In this document: one piece after another, positions 25,910 through 32,369 of the stretch
How the letters are laid out: each line of letters opens with the position of its first letter
Numbering within the stretch: position 1 is the first letter of the stretch
NCBI GenBank assembly: GCA_049799275.1
Contig: JBARHO010000069.1
Span: 1-53,953, forward strand
Source: Thermoplasmata archaeon
GTDB lineage: Archaea; Thermoplasmatota; Thermoplasmata; Lutacidiplasmatales; UBA184
Length of the DNA stretch: 53,953 bases
Reading direction: 5' to 3'
The notes under the pieces: model-generated
Seen by the model: only the letters and a program-made list of their open reading frames with translations
What the model was told of the DNA's origin: nothing
The model's database searches: none
Made by a program: the position numbers and the translations under genes

Positions 25910-26272
25910 ATGTTCACCCTGGAATTCGCCGACCCAATTGCTGGTCAGAGCTTTGAGCGGCTCCCCCGTCGAGTGCAGAGTAGGTTCAATGAGGCGTTCG
26001 AGCACCTCGCGCAGCATCCGCGGTCCGCTTCCCCCGAACTGGATGTTCACCAGCTTTCGGGATACCAGAATGTCTGGACCTTGCGAATGCCCCCTTGGCG
26101 AGGGATCTACGCCATCGACGGAGATGACGTCGTCCTGATCGTCTTCGGACATCGGACGAGTGTGTACCCACTGCTGCACAGCCTTCTGCCTCCCGAGGGC
26201 CGGTACTTCACTCGGCCACCAAAGCGGGGGAGAGCGGTCAGAACACGCAGAACCCCGGAGCGTAAGCCATGA
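25910..26272 (+). CDS. RelE/ParE-family toxin
   Basis: LSGYQNVWTLRMPPWRGIYAIDGDDVVLIVFGHRTSVY matches the RelE/ParE C-terminal core (W-x-LR...YR-x-IY...I...HR). It has a basic C-terminal extension. Confidence 0.8.
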   Translation: MFTLEFADPIAGQSFERLPRRVQSRFNEAFEHLAQHPRSASPELDVHQLSGYQNVWTLRMPPWRGIYAIDGDDVVLIVFGHRTSVYPLLHSLLPPEGRYFTRPPKRGRAVRTRRTPERKP

Positions 26273-26379
26273 CAGGTACCCCCGGACGGGCGACTCTCGG
26301 AAGTGAACGAACCCCCCGACCCAATCATGGCCTAAATCGCCGCGGAATCCCCAAACACGGACCGTAAGGGTGATTTCGA

Positions 26380-27051
26380 TCAGGTAGGATCGCGAACGCC
26401 CCTCCCCGATTCCGGACTCATGGCGGGTGGTATCGGTGTCCGTTCGTCTACGACCCTCGCTGCCGGAGCGAGCAAGTAGCTTCCGTAACCAATCAGCCAG
26501 ATGAGCAGTGGGTACACGATGGCCCGTTCCCAACCCCCGCCGCCTAAAGTGGCCTGCACCAGCGGGGTGGAATATGCGCCGAACTCGATCCCCACGCTTG
26601 CGAGGCTCCTGACCCCGAGCGCGAGGGCGAAGTAGCGGAACGCCGATTCGATCCGTCGGTAGGACAGGATGGCCGCGAGCGGTCCGGGTACGAAGGCGAG
26701 CACGGCACCGACCGAGTGGACCACCACGTTGACGTTTTCCGGCGAGAGCACCGCGAGGAGCAGCCCCGCGCCGGGCAGAATGTTGAGGATCATTTCCCCG
26801 CGACTCCCCGTGCCCCGATAGAGGTAGTAGGCCCCGGCGATCCACGCGAGACCCGCAAGGAACAGTAGCGGCTCTCCCGCCCAGGCTGTGCGGGTGCCGA
26901 GCGCAAGTAGGTCGCTGATGGTGTTGCGGTGAACGCTGTAGCTGGAAGCGAGGGACTCCAGGACCGTGACCACGAGGAGGAATGTGACTCCCGCGAGGGT
27001 CAACAAGATCCCGGAGCGGTGGAGGTCTGGGGCGTCCGGTGGCGCCTGCAT
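26380..27051 (-). CDS. multi-pass membrane protein (DUF998-like)
   Basis: About 6 TM helices. Its start overlaps the upstream stop by 1 nt (TAATG). The family call is from memory only. Confidence 0.6.
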   Translation of the reverse strand: MQAPPDAPDLHRSGILLTLAGVTFLLVVTVLESLASSYSVHRNTISDLLALGTRTAWAGEPLLFLAGLAWIAGAYYLYRGTGSRGEMILNILPGAGLLLAVLSPENVNVVVHSVGAVLAFVPGPLAAILSYRRIESAFRYFALALGVRSLASVGIEFGAYSTPLVQATLGGGGWERAIVYPLLIWLIGYGSYLLAPAARVVDERTPIPPAMSPESGRGVRDPT

Positions 27052-27470
27052 TACTGCACCCCGGCCCGGCGTTCGCTCGAGCCGCCTTCCTGGAGGTCCT
27101 GTAGCCGGGCGCGCATCTCCTCTCGTGAGATTTCGCCGCGGGCGTAGCGGGCACGGACGATCCCTTCGGGGGGCGCCCGCCAGACTCTATCGGGCCATGC
27201 CCGCTGGCCCCGACCGCGCCAAGGCCGCAGAACAAAGAATACCAGCACCCAGACCAGTCCAAGACCGAGGGGGATGAGGAACCCGTACGGAGAGGCCGGG
27301 CCCGAGTACACTGGAGCGGCGATGATCCCAGCCCATGAGAGGTAGGTGAACACCGCCGCGAGCGCAAGGAGGGTTCCGATGACGGCGATGGGAATAATCC
27401 AGAACCGAGACGGCATCCGGCACTCGATCGGTCCAGTGTCGACCCCGGTGAGACCGGACATCGCGGTCAT
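27051..27470 (-). CDS. membrane protein with C-terminal SHOCT domain
   Basis: Two TM helices followed by IVRARYARGEISREEMRARLQDL (SHOCT consensus). I chose the start that forms an ATGA overlap with the SDR stop. Confidence 0.65.
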   Translation of the reverse strand: MTAMSGLTGVDTGPIECRMPSRFWIIPIAVIGTLLALAAVFTYLSWAGIIAAPVYSGPASPYGFLIPLGLGLVWVLVFFVLRPWRGRGQRAWPDRVWRAPPEGIVRARYARGEISREEMRARLQDLQEGGSSERRAGVQ

Positions 27471-28261
27471 CCCCACCCCGCCATCCGTCCACCGTCGACG
27501 AGGAGCGTCACGCCGGTCACAAAGCGTGCCGCGTCCGAGCCGAGCCACACCACGGCCTCCGCGACCTCCGCCCCCATGCCGAGACGCCGCATCGGAACTG
27601 CCTGTCGGGCCTGCTCCTGGTAGGTCTCCGGAAGCCCGCGCATTCGATGGGTCTCGATAGGCCCTGGGGCGACCGCGTTCACACGCACATTCCGCTGCGC
27701 GTAATCGATTGCCGCAGCCTTGCTAAGGCCGATCACCGCATGTTTGGCGGCCGTGTACGGACCCCCGCCGCGGAACGCCGAGATCCCGGCGGTCGATGAC
27801 ATATTGACAATCGCCCCGCCGCCGGTGGCAAGCAGGAGCGGTATCTCCTGCTGCATGGCACGGAAGGTTCCCCGAACGGTCACGCGGAAGACGAGGTCGA
27901 AGGTGGCAGGGGGCACGTCTGCGAGATCGGTGGGCGGGGCGCCCTCCCCGGAGTTGTTGAACGCGACGTCGAGCCGACCGAAACGGGTCCGAATCTCCGT
28001 TCCGAGTCGGTCGATCGATGCATCGTCCGTGAGGTCCAGCGGCACCACCAGCGCCTCTTGGCCGAGTTCCTGAATCTCCTGGGCGACGGTAGTGAGCCCC
28101 TCGACATCCCGGGAGGCGAGCACGACCGAGGCGCCTCGGCGGGCGAAGAGCCGGGCCGTGTCAGCACCAATTCCTTTGCTCGCGCCTACGACTAGGGCGA
28201 CCTTCGACTTGAACTGCCTCTCTTCGCCCGGTCCGGAAGACGGCGATGCATCGGTCATCAA
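27467..28261 (-). CDS. SDR-family oxidoreductase
   Basis: VVGASKGIGADTA, NNSG, YTAAKHAVIGLSK and PGPIETHR. Confidence 0.9.
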   Translation of the reverse strand: MMTDASPSSGPGEERQFKSKVALVVGASKGIGADTARLFARRGASVVLASRDVEGLTTVAQEIQELGQEALVVPLDLTDDASIDRLGTEIRTRFGRLDVAFNNSGEGAPPTDLADVPPATFDLVFRVTVRGTFRAMQQEIPLLLATGGGAIVNMSSTAGISAFRGGGPYTAAKHAVIGLSKAAAIDYAQRNVRVNAVAPGPIETHRMRGLPETYQEQARQAVPMRRLGMGAEVAEAVVWLGSDAARFVTGVTLLVDGGRMAGWG

Positions 28262-28333
28262 TATTAGATATACTGTAAACCTAAATAAGGCTAATGCCTT
28301 GATTCAAGTCACCCGACGTCTGCGGGAACGCGA

Positions 28334-29038
28334 ATGAGCCCTCGAAGGTACGACCTCGGACGAAGACGCGGTGCCTCGGAAGCGACCCGGACCCGGATTC
28401 TCGAAGCGGCACGCGAGCTGCTTGGCGGGAAGAGCGGTCCGGAAGAGTACTCCATGGATGCGGTCGCAGCTCAAGCGGGAGTCTCGCGCATGACCGTCTA
28501 TAACCAGTTCCGCTCCGAGGTCGGCCTACTGGTTGCACTCGCAGACCTGCTCGCAGCTCGGGGGGGTATGGCTCGGATGCCCGAGGTGTTCCTCGAGAGA
28601 CGGCCGGCCGAGGCGATACGGAAGTTCGTCGCCGTGTTCGTAGGTTTCTGGGCCTCCGATAGGGTGTTGTTGCGGCGCCTGCGCGCGCTCGGTGTGCTGC
28701 GCCCCGGACTCTACAGGTCCCTGCGTGAGCGGGACTCGTGGAGGCGTGAGGGAGCAAAGACACTCATCCACCGGATTCGATCGGCAACGCGTCTCCAGAT
28801 GGACGAGGACGCCACGGTCGATCTCTTGACGAGCTTGACGAGCTTCGAGACGTTCGACTCGATCTCCGCCGACGACAAGAGCCCCGATGAGGTCGCCCTC
28901 TTCCTAACGAGCGCGATTCTCCTCTTCTTCGGACTGCGCGGGGACCGGCGCTCTTCCAACCCGGTCCGTCAGCTCCCGAAGGCGGTCGCTCCATCCCACT
29001 CGCCCAGAGCAGGCCCCCGGCGGCAGGCCGGACCATGA
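28334..29038 (+). CDS. TetR/AcrR family transcriptional regulator
   Basis: TRTRILEAARELL...YSMDAVAAQAGVSRMTVYNQFRSE is a TetR HTH. It is divergent from the SDR across a 72-nt AT-rich gap (28262..28333) that contains AAGGCTAATGCCTT. Confidence 0.9.
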   Translation: MSPRRYDLGRRRGASEATRTRILEAARELLGGKSGPEEYSMDAVAAQAGVSRMTVYNQFRSEVGLLVALADLLAARGGMARMPEVFLERRPAEAIRKFVAVFVGFWASDRVLLRRLRALGVLRPGLYRSLRERDSWRREGAKTLIHRIRSATRLQMDEDATVDLLTSLTSFETFDSISADDKSPDEVALFLTSAILLFFGLRGDRRSSNPVRQLPKAVAPSHSPRAGPRRQAGP

Positions 29039-29505
29039 TCCGAGTCGAAGTTCAGCGGGAGCTGACGGCCGCTGCGGACGGCGTCTGGATGATTGTCGCG
29101 GCCACGGATGATGAGCCCCGGTACTGGCCGGGGCTATCGGAGCTGCGCACGGTGCGACGCGAGGGGCTCGTTAGCGAACGAGAAGTTTCCGTGCGGCGCG
29201 GTCCGCTCGGGAAGATGAGGAGCCGCCAGCGGATCGAACTGCGGCCGGAGCGGACGACCGTACTACTGACGATGACCGGAGGGCCGATGCACGGAACGCG
29301 GTCCATTGTCATCTCCTCCCTCGGGCCAACGCGAACGAGCATTGACGTCGTTTGGGAGGTCCGCATCGAGGGGATGCCGAGATTTGCCGAACGGTTCGTT
29401 GAAACGAGCCTCCGAGGTACCACACGAATAGCGCTCGACCGGATCGGAGAACTGGCCTTGAAACGCCTTCCCTCGATGGCTCCGCGGAATCTTGTCCCCT
29501 CATGA
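29035..29505 (+). CDS. SRPBCC (polyketide cyclase/dehydrase-like) protein
   Basis: ATGA overlap with the TetR stop. Size and beta-rich pattern (VWMIVAATDDEPRYWPGL...IDVVWEVRIEG) fit the START/SRPBCC fold. Confidence 0.7.
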   Translation: MIRVEVQRELTAAADGVWMIVAATDDEPRYWPGLSELRTVRREGLVSEREVSVRRGPLGKMRSRQRIELRPERTTVLLTMTGGPMHGTRSIVISSLGPTRTSIDVVWEVRIEGMPRFAERFVETSLRGTTRIALDRIGELALKRLPSMAPRNLVPS

Positions 29506-29665
29506 GCCGACGAGCCAATCGTCTGCGGATCCCTTCGGGACTGCGGGGGCGACCGCCGCGGCGGAGTCGCCGAGCGCATCACTGTCCAGATCTAACCTGA
29601 GGGCTTCGGACACACTCCTAGAGTTCCAGGTCAGACCTTGGACGGTGGAGAGCACTTTCCATAAT

Positions 29666-29690
29666 ATTTGAACCGCCGGGCGGTTCAAAT
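29666..29690. repeat. perfect 25-bp palindrome overlapping the right-hand direct repeat
   Basis: ATTTGAACCGCC-G-GGCGGTTCAAAT. The right arm is the T-arm/T-loop-like start of the repeat, and the left arm is its exact inverted complement. Confidence 0.9.
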
Positions 29691-29703
29691 CCCTCTCCCC
29701 GCA
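29682..29703 (+). repeat. direct repeat copy 2 (orphan tRNA-Leu 3' end; attR-like)
   Basis: GGTTCAAATCCCTCTCCCCGCA is identical to 25492..25513. No GCGGGGA acceptor 5' strand or anticodon arm lies upstream, so it is not a tRNA gene. Confidence 0.9.
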
Positions 29704-29949
29704 CGGGACCCATGCTACCGAAGATCTTGCGCGTACTCGAAACCACGGGCGGATCAGATCCCAACTTCCACCCGAACTCGCGTCCCCGTATCGAACGGCC
29801 CGCGTCGAACCTATTCGACCTTGTACCAGATGGGGCGGGGCGTCCGTCCCTGGCCGGGTACACGCGCGCCTACTGCACTTGGCCCATGGCGACGTGGATC
29901 GTCGCCTCGTCCCGGTCGTGACGCTGACCGGCCCTGGTCGATGAACGGG

Positions 29950-29958
29950 TCTATATCA
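29950..29958 (+). promoter_or_regulatory. TATA-like box
   Basis: TCTATATCA is centred about 33 nt upstream of the ATG at 29987. The same box type and spacing occur at PhoU (52614..52628). Confidence 0.4.
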
Positions 29959-29986
29959 CCGGGCCGGGTTCCTACACCCGGACCCG

Positions 29987-31407
29987 ATGCGCCCACCGGA
30001 AACGCGATACGCGAAGAGCGGCGATCTCCGCATCGCCTATCAAGTGCTCGGCGAGGGCCCGGTTGACGTTGTTCTAGCTCCCGGAACGATCGGGGTTACT
30101 GAGCTATATTGGGATGAGCCGGCGTTCGCGGGGTTCCTCACGGAGCTCGCTTCGTTCTCTCGCCTCATGATCTTCGACGTACGAGGGACCGGTCTTTCGG
30201 ACCGACCTCCTTCGGTCGCGACGCTCGAAGAGCGAGTGGACGACATTCGCGCGGTCATGGACGCGGTCGGGTCGCACCGGGCGGTCCTGATGGGGCTCTC
30301 CGAAGGGGCGACGATGAGCGTTCTGCATGCCGCGGCCCATCCGGACCGGACCGCGGGGCTCATCCTCTGCGGCGGCCTCGCGAAATCGGTCCGTTCCGCC
30401 GATTACCCGTGGGGGTGGATCCCCGACCAGGTGGAGCGAGAGCTCGAGACCGCGGCCGATCGCTGGGGAACCCGCAGGACTGTCGCGCGTTCGCGAACGT
30501 GCTCGGCCCGAGCCGGGCCAATGATGAGCGGTTCGTAGAATGGGTCGGTCGGCTCGAGCGCTTCACGGCGCCTCCGGGGTGGGGAGCTCAACTTCAGAGG
30601 ATGCTCACAGAGGTCGACATCCGATCGATCTTGCCTTCGATCCATGTCCCCAGTCTCGTGCTCCACTCTCAGGGCGATCAAGTAGCGGAGGTCGGACAAG
30701 GGAGGTACCTGGCCGAGCACATCCCCGGGGCACGCATGATCGAGCTACCGGGCGCGGACCATCTGTTCTGGTTCAACCCGACGGATTGTGCGACGGGGCT
30801 TCGCGAGGTGCGGAGGTTCCTGCGGGAGCTCGAGGGACCGACGGACCTGGACCGGGTGCTGGCGACCGTGGTGTTCACCGATATTGTCGATTCCACTCGG
30901 CGCGCGGCGGCACTGGGAGATCGCGCCTGGAGCCTGCTTCTCGACCGACACGTCGCCATGGCCCGAGCTTCGCTGGTCCGATTTCAGGGAAAGGAGGTCA
31001 AGCTCACGGGGGATGGAATGCTCGCGACATTCGATGGTCCCACGCGGGCGGTTCGATTCGCCGAGGCATTACGGGCCGATAGCCAGAAGTTGGGCCTACT
31101 TATTCGAGCGGGGCTGCACACCGGCGAATGCGCCTTCAAAGAGAGTGACGTGCTGGGCATCGCCGTGCATCTGGCGGCGCGGATAGCGGAAAAGGCCGGG
31201 GACGGTGACATTCTGGTCTCGAGCACGGTGCGTGATCTTTCCGTGGGGTCGGATCTGCGTTTTCGCGATCGTGGGATGCGAAGCTTCAAGGGCGTCCCTG
31301 GCCGCTGGCGGCTCTACTCACTGGAGACGGATCTGGTGGTTCACTCAGGCAGGGACCCTTCTTTGTCCCCGCCTCTCGACCGTGGGGCGACGCGTTCGAC
31401 CCCATAG
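29987..31407 (+). pseudogene. alpha/beta-hydrolase::class III adenylate/guanylate cyclase fusion, interrupted by a -1 frame change near 30465
   Basis: ORF 29987..30538 carries the hydrolase N-terminal half (nucleophile GLSEGA). ORF 30409..31407 continues the same hydrolase domain (HSQGDQV, GADHLFW) and then the cyclase domain (VVFTDIVDST, LTGDGMLATF, GLHTGE). The frames switch within CGCTGGGGAACCC. Confidence 0.75.
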
Positions 31408-31686
31408 GTCACGCGTGCGAAAAAAGGGTCCTCCCCGGTCGGAGGTCTCGAGAGCGGGCAAATCCGCCCGTAGTCGGGAAAGGAGGACTCGAGCCCCCGC
31501 GGGAAGGCCCGCGAGCTCGAGCTCCGGCTCGGATGTCTCCGGGGCCGCTTCCACCGGTCCGCTCGTTCCGGCGAGAGGTCTCTTCGCGCGCCAGCGATCG
31601 CTCGCTTGGATTCCGACGGAGCGGGAGTGACGATTCCGATCCCCGCTTCCTGCGTAGCCAGCACGGGGAACGGAAGGCCCCGCGGC

Positions 31687-32157
31687 CTAGCCCTTTCCCT
31701 TGCCCGATGCGAGCATCTCCTTGTCGATGAACTCCCGGAAGCTGGGGTCGAACCACTGCCCCAGATCCAGTTCGACCCAGTCCCGTCCGACCGTGCCCTG
31801 TGCAAAGTCATTTCGGATCCACTGCCGCCATCCGATCCATTCGTTGTCGCTGATGATCTTTCGCTCGCGCATGTGATACGCGTGAGCGCTGACCAGGGCC
31901 ACCATGTACGCGATCACGTGCTCCGGCTGTGAACCGGACATCGGCCCCGCCACCACGCTGATCAGGTCGGGCTTCTCGAGCAGTAGCTCGCTGATCCGGT
32001 ACCTCTTTTCGTCCAGATCGTTCAGGACCCTGGACCCGACATCCACGGTCATGGCCCGAACTTGTCGCTTCGCAAAGTAGAGTGTCAGGATCAGGCTCCC
32101 GATGATGCCCGCCGTTTGCGCCAGGGTCAGCCAATCGGAGAATCCAAGGGTCCCCAT
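31687..32157 (-). CDS. single-pass membrane protein, unknown function
   Basis: N-terminal TM helix (LAQTAGIIGSLILTLYF) and a Trp-rich helical soluble part (DNEWIGWRQWIRNDF). It lies 212 nt downstream of the TPR cyclase on the same strand. Confidence 0.55.
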   Translation of the reverse strand: MGTLGFSDWLTLAQTAGIIGSLILTLYFAKRQVRAMTVDVGSRVLNDLDEKRYRISELLLEKPDLISVVAGPMSGSQPEHVIAYMVALVSAHAYHMRERKIISDNEWIGWRQWIRNDFAQGTVGRDWVELDLGQWFDPSFREFIDKEMLASGKGKG

Positions 32158-32369
32158 GTGCGAGAGAGGAGCCGGTGGTTCAAGAAGGGTGGCCAGCTTT
32201 CTCTTGGTGCGCTCGGAACGCTAGGCTCTCGTGACCCCACCTAGGACACGACCGACCGCTTTTTCCCGCTTGGTTCGAGCCCACAGTACTTCTCGACCTA
32301 GGCTGGCCGCTCGTCGCGCCCACTCCGTTTCCTGATCCTGCGTCGCCGATGCTCTGCCCACGGTAGGGC

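Larger units (their letters stand above)
25514..29681. mobile_element. putative integrase-less genomic islet inserted at tRNA-Leu
   Basis: Bracketed by perfect 22-bp direct repeats of the tRNA 3' end. It holds seven accessory genes including a TA pair, with non-coding ends of 168 and 176 nt. No recombinase was recognised. Confidence 0.4.

Noticed and set aside
29600-29703. Possible second tRNA gene ending at 29703
   Set aside because: Only the 22 nt matching the tRNA-Leu 3' end are tRNA-like. No complementary acceptor 5' strand (GCGGGGA), D-arm or anticodon arm can be folded from the upstream 80-90 nt. I treat it as an orphan 3' fragment (att-like repeat).
30409-30538. Treating 29987..30538 and 30409..31407 as two independent overlapping genes
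   Set aside because: The catalytic Ser is in the first ORF, and the Asp/His half of the same alpha/beta-hydrolase domain is in the second. The 3' end of ORF 1 and the 5' end of ORF 2 both read as nonsense. A single frameshifted gene explains this better.
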